Shown in pieces: positions 48,501 through 63,732 of a stretch of DNA of 64,000 nt. Origin of the DNA: Paragordius varius (taxonomy: Eukaryota; Animalia; Nematomorpha); assembly GCA_964247055.1 (NCBI GenBank), contig OZ176054.1:3100001-3164000 (forward strand). Reading direction: 5' to 3'. The position numbers and the translations under genes were made by a program. The notes beneath the pieces were generated by a model that saw nothing but the letters and a program-made list of their open reading frames with translations, did no database searches and was not told where the DNA came from. Each line of letters begins with the position of its first letter. Within the stretch, counting starts at the first letter, position 1.

Positions 48501-49394
48501 AATTTCAATTTTTGCCACTTTTTATACTCGTGTATGCTCAAACTCATGACCATACTATCGGCCAAAGTTGACAATGACAAAGATAAATTTGCCCTTGATC
48601 ACACTATAACTCTGTTTATGGATTATGTCCTTTCATGTCACAAACGGGGCAATCAGGTCTTCACGGGACGTGATCATTTGAATCATGAGTTGCTTAACGT
48701 CGTTAGTGATATCATTGATGGAATCATGATGAACAACAATGCAAATTATAACCACGTAAAAAGTGAGTATATTCATGGGGTAAATCATCATCAAATAACT
48801 CCTTCGAATCCAAATCAATATGGTTTTGGAGCGGGGCCGTACGAATCTCTTGCATTACATACCAACACAACAATAAGTTCTATTTTACAATACCCTGTGG
48901 ATGTTACTAATAGATTATATACACCTCATCAACCAGCAACATTCATGAATCATTTAGATAACAATCCTATCAATATTAAGGATCCACGTATTGCAACTAA
49001 ATTGTCAAAAGATCTCACTAATAATACATTAAGTTCGGAGGATGAAACTTCCAAACTCACGATAGATATTGGATCTCCCCCTACCGTTGAATCAATGACA
49101 ACACCAATAAATAACTCAGGCATTTTGCCATCGGCAATTTCACCCATAGATAACACTGCTACTAATTCAAGTAGCTCAGAACTTATTTCAAACATAAAAA
49201 GATTGAAAACATCGATAAAAAATCAAAATGCCGATTTTCATGGCCGTACCCTAAGGTATAAAGAACTTCCCTTTATAATACCACCCAATTCTAGATCAGA
49301 CATGCATGATCCTAGAACAGTGCTCAGGGGTAGGCAAAATCCACCGTTGTTAACCAAACAATTTGATGCTGTAAAAGTTGTATACTCGAAATAG
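45595..49394 (+). CDS. DUF3715 (PARP-like) domain protein, TASOR/TASOR2/TEX15 family; exons 45595-45637, 45663-45775, 45801-46118, 46142-46282, 46306-46709, 48428-49394 (661 aa if 49394 is terminal)
   Basis: Spliced YTIPKK...SYEYKEILNII...AMLITNKKLESNY...ETYAFL...LGDNIKGVHLYRFLD...LVIFKVLLGK...EPSPLHDAHV...IYFYEYD...YPRQILPYAYLNF is colinear with recalled TASOR FQIPRK...SREFEDVVNIL...ACLVHNELLEKEF...ESYAFL...LGSPSMGVYLSRYAD...VVIFKIMKGK...DPTPKHECHV...YYFYEY...RPRHVCPYAVVSF. All junctions GT-AG and in phase; 3' end uncertain. Confidence 0.82.
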
Positions 49395-51080
49395 TTTTTG
49401 GATATTGCTAATAGATGAATGTATTTAAAATGTGTCAATAGATTTTTCTCAATCACATTTAGCATATCAGACCAGGGGAATATGCTTATTATGCCTTTCA
49501 CATGAATTATTATTGTTTATACTTAATATATATTTGTATATAATGATGAATATATTAAATGATGCTTATAGATTAAACAATTGATTGATGTAATTTTAGG
49601 ACTCCTGCTATGATGTTTTTTTACCTCATATTATACTTTATGGATAACTGACGCGATTTTTCATATAGCCATTTGGTATACGGCTAATGATTTTTTAGAT
49701 AATTAGGACTGGCCTTTGTTGTTAGAACACTTTCATCAAGCCACCGCCACAGAGACAATAAATATATTTATGGGACAGATATATTTTTTTTTCAAAATGG
49801 AATAAATTCGTAATATCCCAAATGCCATCACAATGCACATTATAAAGCAAATGATATTCATTTCTAGCAAATCTCTAGATACTTTAAGACGAGTTTTGAT
49901 ATATCTGTGATTTATCCAAGCCCATATTTTTATGATGTTAAAGTTATGACCCGATTACGCTCCATGCCAGAAGAAAAAGATTCATTACCATTTATATTGC
50001 GTTTGTGAACAATGCAGTTATTGGTTTATAGAATTTTATCTGAATCTTTCATACGTTGTTGTGGTTCGAGTTAAGATCAGAAAATTTGTTTTATAAAATT
50101 TTGATTGTCATGTAATTTCTAAAAACAGGTGGGAGGTCTTTATTAAAGTAGTATCGACTGCGAGACTATTTATGTGACAATAGTTAAAATAATTTTTACA
50201 ATCCCTAGTAAATACGAATTTGAATTTATAAATAATTGCATATTTCTCTATTAAATTTAACTTTAAAAATTTTGGTTCTTAACTTCATGTGCTGATTAAG
50301 CGTATTTTGAGGAATTATTCGGAAATACAATACTTTATCAACAAAACTAATCAAATTACTTGCCGTAAAATTTCATTCCAAAATTTCTATTTTTCATCAA
50401 ATTATCAGCTAGAGTTAGGATTTTATAGATATACATTCTATATAATTATTGATTTCAAACTAGCCTGATGTAGTCACCGGCCTAATTTATATCGAAAGAC
50501 ATAACTTAAGTTTTAGAATATTTTTTACAACCATAACTTGATAGTTTAATTTTTGGGCCATATTTTCGCTTTTGGCAGATAAATTTACATGTATATACCA
50601 AAATATTGACTTATTTATTCTTTATTTTATAATTTTATATCTTTAAAATTTTATTGTTTTTATAAAAATTTGTCTAAGTATAAGAGACTGGCATATTGTT
50701 TTATGCAAAACATACCATTTTTATCATATATATATATATATATGTATATATGGGAAGATGTGCTTTAAAATAAAAGTTTATTAAAAAACTTATGAAATAA
50801 AAAAATAAACTTTAAATAAAAACCTATATTTTTCAAATATAAAAAAGTCATATTATTTAGAATGTAAAAACATAAAAAAAATAAACTATGCCAAAATATT
50901 TAGACCCATTTGCAAGCTCAAAAACTTAGGGTGAATATAGAATATCTGAATTAAATAAAAATTTTATTAATAATGTGATCCTGATATGCTTTGGATCGGT
51001 TTTAAATAATTGCAAAAAATATGTATAATTTATTAACAGATGTTTTAATTAATAGGTATTTCAACAATTATTGATTATTA

Positions 51081-52585
<1,505 letters not shown>

Positions 52586-53621
52586 TTATTGAATAACGGT
52601 ATCTTAATAGGTTTAGCGATATTTGCACAAAATCGAGGTATAGTAATATTTGCAGAGACATGTTATAATTATTACATATTGCAAATAAGATAGCTACCTT
52701 GATAATTTATATATTTTCTAATTTAAAGGCTGATGTGTTTAATTTTAAGCTTTATGACCCATTGAAAAATATTCTCAATTTTGTGGTAATGTCCATATTA
52801 AACTTTTGTAATAATTACACCATATCTAATCGAAAATAATTTTGGTGGGAAGTAGATTGGGTACTCTCGTAGACTTCACAATTGCATCAGCGGCGATCGG
52901 AAGCATTACATTTATAAAGCAATCGGTAGTGGTCTAAGAGCAATTGTTACTGATAAATTCAGGAGATAAACCCATATGAATTTCAATTAAAAATTGTAAA
53001 GTTACTTGCGAATTCTGTCTCAAAGTCATAAAAGGAAATCATATTTGCATTGTAAAAGGTGATAAAAAGTGGCCAAAAAGCGGAAAAAATTGTACATTCA
53101 AAGCCTCATCTAGTACGGAAGCCGAATCGTTTCGACAAAAAACATACACTGTTCTAGTGGAAACGGGATTGAATATTTTCAACTTATGACGCTCGGTTAA
53201 ATCGTTAATAGACATCGTCATCGCGTGATAAAATTTAGGAGTATATACTGTATACAATATAAACTTGTTCGTGGGCCACTTTTCGAATCTTAAAAATCGG
53301 CTGTGCCTTTATAAATATTCAATTAAATTTCTAGCTAAGACTGTAAATAAAAAACAGCATGGCACAACAATTCGTTCTAGTTTTTGTGTGAGATATATCA
53401 ATTTTATTAAGATTTGAGCATATTTTACAAATTATAGATTTTCAAAATTTTCGCGGTTTGTACATAATGTAGGGCCGACGGCCCGCGGGTCACCTCCGAA
53501 ACCATAATTAAATTCGAAAACTATGGCTACATGACATTTTGTTTCACACAGCAAAAGCAGTGAAGGAGAGCTTGTCTTTTTAATAAAATAACCTTCGCAT
53601 TATTTCAATATGAGTAATTAC

Positions 53622-54546
53622 CAGGGCTTGGAACCGGAACCGCATGGAACCGGAACTTGGTTCCTGGGATTGTAACAAGAACCGGATCCATTGGGATGGA
53701 ACCAACGCGGTTTCGGGTCCACTTCTCGCGGAACCACCCCGGTACCGATCCAAAATTTCAGGAACCATCTTGGTTCTATCTATAAATTTTTAGGAAACAA
53801 CCCGGTTCCGGTTCCACCCCTTTAATTACTGGTTCCCATATGATTTTATATAAAAATTTTATTTTATTATTTAAATTTGATTGTACTATATATTACATAC
53901 TTTAAACTTTTAATCTAAAACTAAGCGCCTAATATTATATTAGCGATACTCTCTGAATTTTGGGCGATTCAACTGTTCTAAAAAAACTAATAGTCATAAC
54001 TCAAGTTTATTTAAACATATGTTCATATATATATAGGTGTCCGTTGAAAGGTGTTTTCTCATCCTTAATTTTCTATTTTCAGACTTGAGAAACAGTTTGA
54101 CCAGCGAATTGCTTGGTCCAATATTTTTTAAAGTTAAATAAAGATTTTTGTAGATGCCATACCTAATTTAACTCTCATTTTATACCTTTGTACTGATATA
54201 TTTTCCAATTATATTTTTATAATTTGGTTCATTTATTATGCTACATATTTTTCTTTCGCTATCATTTGGCAATATATAATAAATTGTTTGATTTATAATT
54301 GTTAATATTTTGGTTGTATTATTATAATAATAATTTTGTAAATCATTTAATCAAAGTCAGGGACCGAAAATGGAACCGGTTCTAAATGTAAAGAACCGGT
54401 CCCGGTTTTTAAAAAACATACTCGGTTTCGGTTCCACCACCTCGGTTCCGGTTCCAAAATTTCAGGAACCGCCCGGTTCTATTTTTAAATTCTTAAGAAC
54501 CAACGCGGTTTCGGTTCCACTTTTTTTGAACCGATTCCTAGCCCTG
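53622..54546. mobile_element. Non-autonomous hAT (family C), 925 bp
   Basis: TIR CAGGGCT(T/A)GGAA; palindromic 8-bp TSD GTAATTAC (53614-53621, 54547-54554); dense GGAACC(GG)/(CC)GGTTCC subterminal repeats; AT-rich non-coding core. Confidence 0.92.
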
Positions 54547-57500
54547 GTAATTACCATAAAAATGATACATTTCTCAAATATTCATCAGTCTAAAAGCACC
54601 ATGATTTGATACATATTTTACCAGAATATATCATGTCCGTAGAATTGTTTAGTAGAACCCCATGACATTCGAAAATTAATTGATTTGACTATTTATATAG
54701 AGAAAATAATTTGTTAAATTAATTTATCTATGAGTAGTATAAAATCCATTGAATTATCTAAAATCGCTCATTTATTACCTGCGAATATATAATAATGCAA
54801 TATTTATAATTTATCGCTTTCCTGCTTTAGTTCCCATCTCTGATAAAGTTCAGTTAATTTGTACACATTTTCTGAATATATTATCTGCATAAAATAAAAT
54901 TAATCATAAATGCCATTAAATAATTAATGCTTATATTCCTGTTAATGTTTAGAGTATTTCTCCTTTTTCGTGTTCAAGCTCTAGATGCTAAACCGCTATG
55001 CTGGGCGATCGGTAATTTGCGTATACATAAATAGAGTAAAATCATTGAACGGTGGTGGGATACAATTAGCTGTACCTCTCAAAAAAATGTTGCATAGAAT
55101 ATATGGCTATTTATTGCCATCTATCTTTTTTAAAGGCTAAGAAATATTTTGTTTTGTTCTTTAACAAATTCTCTGATGATTATATAATTAGTTTTAAGAA
55201 AAAAAGAAGTTGTTTATAAGCGGGGCCTTATTGTTTCTTCCCATGAGGACGGATTTTTTAACTGGTTAGCATTTAGAGAAGTTTTATTAAATTTATATTC
55301 AGCAGCTATAACCACCCATTATTATCTAATAATATTTATAAATTTTAAATATTGATTGATAGAGTTGCAAGAAAAATTTAACATATCCCCCTTCCCCCAA
55401 AAAACAAAATTTATTACGCTTTTTACACCAAACAAAATTTAATATAACAACTTAAAATTTTACACATTTGTGTAACTATTGGGAAAATATAGTGGATATT
55501 TCCAATCATCAGAGTACCGAAGAGGTAGGCATCTCCAGATATATTAAATATTTAATGTAAAATTCAATAAAAACAAACGTTTAGACTTATGATCGACTCA
55601 ATATTTGAATATTGCTTTTTGTCTCAATTCCATCTCTACGGCTCTCGCTCTCAATTATAAACACAGGACGATTCTAACATGGATATTAAATAAACTTTTT
55701 TAACTTAAATTAGTGTTTTATATAGTAGGGAGGAATGACCTATAATAGCAGGACATGTATAATTAAAGTGGCTATGGCGGAAAGGGATGCTAATCTAATG
55801 ACCTAAAAATTGTATGAACAAAGAAAAACATTTTTAATTGTTATATGACATTAAGGGAAAAATAAAGGCAACCAGAAAGAATTTCATTAAAATATTTTAG
55901 ATGTACTTACCTGAGCTTTAACTCTTACCAAATAAATGTTAATTAATTTTTAGCAGGTAGATGTTATAAAAATTAATGTAAGCGTAAATATGGTTTATAT
56001 GAGATTTGTACAACTTTGGCAACTATTATCAAGTAAATATAAAAAGACAACCCAATGTTGGCCTATTGCAGATATCGAATCCCTAGGTAGTATAATTTTA
56101 ACGAGTAAATGTGTAAAAAAATTTAACAAAATAAAAAATTGCTCGCAATAATTTAAAGTCTCTTTATTGTCTTATTTGGATAGAGAGGCATTTTGATAAA
56201 TTAATTTGTTGTGTTTGTTCAATCGACCATTCAACAGCGAATTCCGATTTTTTACCGTTTGACAATAATATGGCTAAGAATAAGGGAGTTATCTTTGGAA
56301 TACCCTTACAATTATTTTTTTATATAAACAGAGCCTATAAATAACAACAGAGTTTTGCACCACCCCATTTTTTGGCATTTTCTGTCACCTAATGGCATGG
56401 AATGACCAAAAAATTGAGGCCGCTAACAGGATTATTTTAAATTTAATTTTAAATTTTGTATTTAATTTTAAAAAACAACTTTTCCTCGACATATTTAAAT
56501 ATTTAAACGAACAAGTCGATACAAGTGGTATTCCAAAGCCAGGTCATTCATTATAATTTTAGAACGAGAATGCAAAAAAGATCCAAATATACCAGCCCCA
56601 GCATACGATACCGCAAAAGATTTTTTTTATTAACGAAAACTCTACAGAAAATGTTATTGATGATCCATATAATAGAACTTTATAAAAATGTCGCCGATTT
56701 TTATATTAAAATATAAACTGCCCAAAATCACTGCTTAATGTTTGTTATATCTTTTGCACGAAAAATACGTCTTATCGAGCGGGATTGTTATTCGACATAG
56801 AAATAGACAATATACAATAAATAAATAAATATCACTTATTGATATGTTAATTAAAAATTCTATGTATTAAATAAAAGAGGAACCTTTAAGAATAGAGAAT
56901 TAAAATATATTTAAGAGCCAAAGAGTTTTAAAAATTGAAAAGGGCTAATATATGGTGTCATATCACGTCGGCTTTCACAATTTCTGCAAAAATCCCCCAA
57001 GCAATCCTATATTTATGCCAGATATGACAAAGGTATAAATAATGAGGTGATTAGAGCCCGGTAGGAGAGACCTGCAATATAACGTAGTTAACTTCAGCAA
57101 TATCCATGGAAATTGACATGTCAAATTAACCGATTCACAGAATAGAGTTAGACAAAATTGACTATGAAATCGGATAAGAAGATTAGATTCAAGTCATAAT
57201 ATTGGTTCATAAAATTATGGTAGTATATTATCCATAATCCAGGTATTAAAAGTGGCAGCCCAACATCCATCTAAAATTGAAATTATAACGCCAATCATCA
57301 AAATAAATAATATCCACTAGGTATAAATAACACGATTTTTTGTAAGAATCAAACGAAGAGAAAAACCCTAATAAGTACTAAATAACCAAAAATATCAAAC
57401 AAATATAGCCTATCTGTAAGCCGAATTTTCAAACTACAAAATTCCTCGTTTAGTATTTTTTAATATAAATTTATACGTGTTCAAAATTAGAAACACTAAA

Positions 57501-58086
57501 TTTTACCATTTATACTCCTACTATTTTTTACTCCCTAATATTTAAAATGACATTTATATTCAAAAGATAGAGTTTAAACGCTTTGTTAAATAATTTTAAT
57601 TTTATAATATAATAAGTTTTTATTATAAAGTTTAATTGATTTTCTGCCTATTTTTTCTTGTTTTTGAAAAATTGAAAAACCTCTAATATCTCAAAATTTC
57701 TGATTGGTGAATCAAAATTTTTCAGGTTCGGTTTTAGCATAGTAAAATCAGTTAAAATTTGAGGGATATGCTCGAGAGAGTCCAAATTGTCGACTTGTGT
57801 AATTTAATTAATTCATGCTGATCATCATCCACTTTCCCGATCTTCGTGAGATTTTAGTTTTTAAGTTAAACATTTAAACTGAATTATAAATTCCTACGAA
57901 CTTTCTAGTTTTTGTGAGCATTTGTGCCCATAATTAGCCAAAAATAATTATTTATATATAAATTTATTTAATATTTTATGAATTACTGTAAAATAATAAA
58001 AATTACTATATATTTATTAATAATTATTTTAATCAAAAAACTTAATATAAAATTTAAAAAATGGAGCTGCTCTGCATATAATATGG

Positions 58087-58670
58087 CGCAGTACAAAATT
58101 AAAACATACAACTTGCCTATTTTTAACCAAATCTTTGCTGCGGTTTATCAGATGATATAGTTCTTTACTATTTAGCTTATTAAAAACAATTAAAATATCC
58201 CACAATTAACCAAAACAAATGAAACAAACATTGAACTTCTGAATTTGGATCAAAAATATCATAAATTCATTTTGTGTTTATTTTATATTTTGAGGTTGCT
58301 TTTGCGGAAACCCTGAGTTAAAGGGCCGTTAACTTAAATCTTACGGTTGAAAGAATTATTTCCGCCACTGCGCGACTGTCGTTAAGCTGTTTCACCGGTT
58401 TGCAACCCGATTTCATGTATAACTCAATCAAAATAAAATTTTGACCAATTAAAAATAGGTCAATATTAGTATTTACCGAAAAATAAACCTTTTATTTTTT
58501 CCAAATTATTATTTTAAATGATAGTCTATACATTTTCTACATTATTTTATATAAATAAAGGTAATTATTATATTTACAAAAATAAAAGCAGTACAAAAGT
58601 CAGGGCAGTACAGGCGCAGTTTTTTTTCGAAAACCCAGTACTGTACTGCGAAAAAAAAGCTATTTATACA
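58087..58670. repeat. Unclassified dispersed repeat (copy 2, internally shorter)
   Basis: Same block order and orientation as 40606-42050. Confidence 0.6.
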
Positions 58671-59289
58671 CATTAATTATGGGGGTCTACAGTAGTTTAA
58701 AATCGCTATATGATCCTTAAAGTTACCTTATGAAAAATTTTAAATGCTCTCCTGTTTCTTTATGTTTTAAAACATGGCGTGAATCCAGAATAACATATTT
58801 TAAATTCAACCAAATTACTATATTCTTGCTTTTGATAACTATTTGAAAACCGTTATAAAGGGTTTTTCAAAACCTCTTATGGTTAAAAACGACTATGGAT
58901 AAATTAATTAATACTTATGTTTTATTGTATTTATAAGTTACGGAGAACTCAAGGTTATATGGACCATTTCCAAATATTTTGAAAAATGTTTAAATATATA
59001 TAAAATTTGTCGATTATATTTTAAACAAACTAGTACAATATATGGCTCTTATACAAAGTATAATTTAATTTTAGCGTTAAATAACCATATTAGTACCAAT
59101 ATTAACAATAAAAAACATGATATATGTAGGATAATTTATTAAATTATTTTAATTAATAATTCCTTGTAATAGTGATAATTTGAAAATGAACATTGTTTGA
59201 ATGCGTTCAGGAGATCAGGTTTTTTTCAGTTTTGGTAGCATTCTTACACTTCCTAAAAAAGCCATAAATATAAATAAAATTATTTAAAC

Positions 59290-59546
59290 CAGAGGGTGTC
59301 CAAAACAAATGGCTTGGGCCAAATTCGAAATATATATATATTATTCATAATTAATTTATTAGATTCAAACATAAGACTTTTAAAACGGAATGCAACAATT
59401 TTTCTCGTTCTTGCTATTTGAATTGACTTATTTAGAAAAAATAAACTAAGGAATATCCATTTTACCAAGATTTTAATAATGTGTTTTTGCAAATTTCTCA
59501 CTGGTCGCATAGAAAGTCACGGAGGGTCGTATGTTGGCCACCCCTG
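59290..59546. mobile_element. hAT MITE (family E), 257 bp
   Basis: Imperfect TIRs CAGAGGGTGTCCAA / TTGGCCACCCCTG; flanks ATTTAAAC / ATTTAAAA (7/8 TSD match). Confidence 0.7.
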
Positions 59547-59762
59547 ATTTAAAAATTATTATGAATACTTAATTGAGTGGGGGTAGTAACGACGAGAGTT
59601 TATAATGTAAATGAAGTGGAAACCGTCGTAAAATAACTTTAATATTATTTTTTTTATTATTTTTATTAATTTTATATATTTTATTTATATTATATTTTGA
59701 AAATAAAATATAATTTTATTGGTTATCAAATTTTCGCCATAGGCATCATCAGGAGATATTAG

Positions 59763-59766
<4 letters not shown>

Positions 59767-59816
<50 letters not shown>
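59767..59816. repeat. (TA)25 microsatellite
   Basis: Uninterrupted TA run. Shorter runs also occur near 7606, 27737, 50727, 63494 and 63686. Confidence 0.95.
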
Positions 59817-59817
<1 letters not shown>

Positions 59818-61423
59818 CTCTTTGCTTTTATAGATAAGGCAATTTTGTTCAAATCCCATATATAATTTACGAATTCACAAAATTATTTATCAATTATGTA
59901 AATAATAATTTTATTCAACATGGTTTTAACTATCCTATTTTATTGTTTTCGATCTATGCCTTCTAATAAATAGGTTTTGGAATTCAACACTATTGTATAG
60001 ACCTTTTAAAGCATAACAAAATATGCGAAAATACTGCGGTAAATTAAGATGAAGTAAAATAAATATTGATTCCTGATTTTTAGCTCACGAGATTTCAATA
60101 AAAAAAGGGAAAATATATAAAAGAAAATAACGAAATACAGTAAAAATTAGTAAATACGGACAAAACGTGAAATTAAAATCTTATATTTTTTTCTAAAATA
60201 CAACCATATCTTTTTAATCTTGATTTTAAATATAACTGATTGTTTCAAACTACAAAGTATGTAAAATAGAATTCTATATTGGTAACACAATCAATTATAT
60301 ATTTTACGATTGTGATTAAATATATAGCAAAAATTAAGGAAAAGTATGGTTGTCTTTTGTCTTTATATTATTACATTTTGTCCGTATAATTTCCATTTTT
60401 ACTGTAAATCTCTTTACAAGCTTGCAAAAATTTGGATGTCAAAAATTCAAGTTATAAAACCTTGTTTTGTCGCGATCTTTTGCATTGCCAAAAAACCCGA
60501 TGTTTCCCAATCAAATAAGAAGAAAATATTATTTATGATACATTTTTGTCTTAATACAGGTATGTGTTCTCTCAGCTTTTAAAATTATGTATGAAATTTG
60601 GTTTTAAAGGGAAAATATCCTTTACTATATATCTTTTTTAACAGTTTAAAACAGAATGAAGAAACAAATGAGACAAATATTTAGATTTATAGGCAAAAAG
60701 ACAAGAAAATTGGAAAATATAAATAAAATTCGTGATAATTTCTAAATATCAATAAATGCAATCATGGGTGTAACATCTGAAACTCTCTCAAATGGAACGT
60801 CAAAATATAAAGCTTTAAACAAGAGGCATACATACATCGAAATCAATATTTTTTAAACACTAAGACATAATTTTTTTTCGAAAATTGGAATCACCAGACA
60901 TAGATTGAGAATTAATATAGAAACTCCCTTTTTTAACGCTTATCCGAGGTGTGGATGACCACTTAAAAAATCGAATTAAAAAGAGCTATTACGTATTATT
61001 ATGCGCACTTAAGCCCAATTTTTTAAATTGTTTATGGCGTGTTATAATATATTTGATTGGTTAAGATCAGGAAGGATTGCTTTCATAAGCGGCAAATACC
61101 GGTTCTTATCTGATCGGGCGAAAGAAATCAACCCTTGACTACCCAATATTTAATTAAAATATTTAAAATATTAATTACATTTTGCTCATGCATTCAACCA
61201 AAGATAGGGTTAGTGATTTGAGAATAAAGGTCCAAAGATCTACTTAAATACTTCAATTAATCAAAACACTATTTTATTATAAGATTACTCAGCAGGACAC
61301 GGCTCCTTATAACCCAATGCCTATTCTAAATTGCATCTAAAAATCGATTGTCTAACAGATTTAACATTTCCGCTTTTAGAATGTCAATAATAAATAAATA
61401 TAAATAAAATGCAGAATAAAAGG

Positions 61424-62757
61424 TGGCGAAACTACGGGGAGCTAGGGGGAGCAGTGTGGGGGGCCCAAGGCAAAAAAGGGGCCCTTTTTTATTATTTACA
61501 TTAAATTTGGACCCCCTTTCTATTTTGCGAGAAGGGGGGGGGGGGGGGGGGGCAAAATTTATTACCTTTATTTTATTTAGAGATAGATATGTAAGTAATG
61601 ATTGCCTGATTGTAAGTATACTGGCAAAGAATAAAGAGAATTATTATTAATAGAAAGGTAGAAAAAGCGAAAAAATGCATTTTTTCACTTATCTCAATAA
61701 GCGGTTTTATTACAAGTTGATAATTAATAGACACCTTTATCTCTCCACAGAGCTCGAAAATTTAAATATAAACTTATTAAAATTATATAACCGCAAAAAA
61801 AGATGCCATGGAAATGGCAATAAAATGGGGCATTATTAAACCTGTTTTTAGTGAAAAGAGACATAAAATTATTAAAAGACATATTGATGAACTTGCCGAT
61901 GACTATAGATTTTCTAATTTAGAGAATAAGTTTAGAGTGAATGTTTTCAATAAAATTTTAGATATTGTATTTTTCAGTTAAAAAACAGATTCGGCAGTTT
62001 TTATAGCGTAGCGGATATGTTTTTATTTCTGCTTCCAAATTATCAATTCAGCTAAAAATTTAATAATTTGATTATCCAAACGATTTGAGTGAATATTTTC
62101 CGATTAAAATAGTGTCAGTTTCTAATTCGCTTAAAAATAAGATCGCTCAAATTAACAATGTCAGGTAATTTGCAGAGCTAGTAGTTATTAATCACCCAAC
62201 AGTTTCAGCCAGTTGTGATGAAGTTATAACATGCTTATTGTTTTTGACTTTACAAGTTACGGTTGCTACAGCGGAACGTTCATTCTCAAAGTTAAAAATA
62301 ATTAAAAATAACATTAGAAGCACGATGGCTGAAAAAAGATTGAGCATTTTATCATTACTATAATTGAAGCCGAGATGGCGGATCAAATGGATAAAAAAGA
62401 TATAATTTGAAAATTTGCTCACGCAAAATTGAGAAAACGAAATTTTAAAACATGATTTTCTGAATAATAGATGCTCTTAATAAGTTATTAATCATTTTAA
62501 ACTTTAAAAATGAACGTTAAGATTAAGGAATTGGCGGTGGTTAGGGTCAGCGGGTGGCTGTTAATTATTATATATAACTTTTAAACTCAGGATGCCAAGT
62601 AATGTAAACATTATCATTTTTAAATATAATATTTCTTTACGAATCTAAGTGATGCGCGAGGTGAAAAGCTAACTGCAAATAATTTTTTGGGGGGGAAGGG
62701 GGGCCAGTATTTAAATATTTCAGGGGGGAGGGGGCGCAATCTATAGTTCCGCCACTG
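61424..62757 (+). mobile_element. Internally deleted hAT (family D, ZMYM1-like transposase C-terminus)
   Basis: TSD ATAAAAGG (61416-61423, 62758-62765); right end TAGTTCCGCCACTG, left end TGGCGAAACTA lacking the terminal CAG; dimerisation-domain remnant VTVATAERSFSKLKIIKNNIRSTM. Confidence 0.85.
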
Positions 62758-63732
62758 ATAAAAGGTAAAAAAATTATCATCAATGATATGGTTTTGAGTT
62801 GGGGTAACTTTTTCTAATCTCTTATAAATCAGTTAATTTAATTAAATATCCCATTATTCCTTAATTTGAAATCGAGCTTTCACAGTTTACTTTAATTTTG
62901 AGTTTTTATCATATTGAAACATATATTTTTTCACATGAACAACATATGTTAAAATTTAAATGGCCATTATTATTAATTTTATAAGCGATCACAGTCACAC
63001 CCCTTTTCATAGGGTTTAAGCAAAAACTATTTTGATTATTCATAATAATTTATTTGTAATTTTTATCGGAACGATTTGATCATCGCGCTATCACAGCTAA
63101 AAAATAACTAAACCTTATTTTGATAATTGAAGTTTATGGTTGAGAGGGCGTTAGGTAATTTATATTTAGCTAACATTTTGGCATAGTTAAATGTTTTGGT
63201 GATAAATTTAAGCGTGAAAGTTTTTTTATTAGAGTTTTCCAAGTATTATTTTACATATATAATATATTCGCCTTTATACTCTATACATCCTGGCAAAAAT
63301 TAGTCCTTTAACAACAAAATATAATGTCATACTTTATATTGGCAAATTATTAAAGTTTTAACGTTCAATCAATTACTAAACTACATAAATAGTTAAACGA
63401 ACTTTAAAAGATATATTGATTCAAAAAAATTTTAAGGATAATCAAATAAGTCTAATTATTAATATAAATTATGGTTGGTCTTAAAATTAAGTTATATATA
63501 TATATATATATATAAGTAAAATTGTAATTGAGATTTATAAGGGATCTTAGATAGACTGTTACGTCTGTCCTCTATATAAAACCGCGGTCATTAAACCGGT
63601 GGTCGAAAAGAAAAAAAAGGAAATTGTACTCGAGTGGTCCGTTTGTTTGGTTATTAAAAATATAAATTTAATTTAAAAATATTATTTATATATATATATA
63701 TATATATTTATTCGAGCCAATATACTTTAACT

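Noticed and set aside
49395-50150. Extra 3' exons for the DUF3715 gene
   Set aside because: All phase-0 donor/acceptor combinations I tried hit stops within a few dozen codons; needs RNA-seq.
52600-53580. Coding-like segments upstream of PCNA (CKVTCEFC ShK-like on +; ORF 53039-53257 on -)
   Set aside because: No start or phase-consistent splice path; no family recognised.
53580-54609. ORFs 53580-53768 and 54370-54609
   Set aside because: They arise from the GC-rich subterminal repeats of the hAT MITE.
54600-57450. Hydrophobic minus-strand peptides suggesting a transporter or receptor gene
   Set aside because: Interrupted by stops with no workable introns; AT-rich DNA yields F/I/L-rich peptides by chance.
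60700-61380. Second possible decayed LINE RT remnant (-)
   Set aside because: Only faint motif echoes; not supportable by eye.
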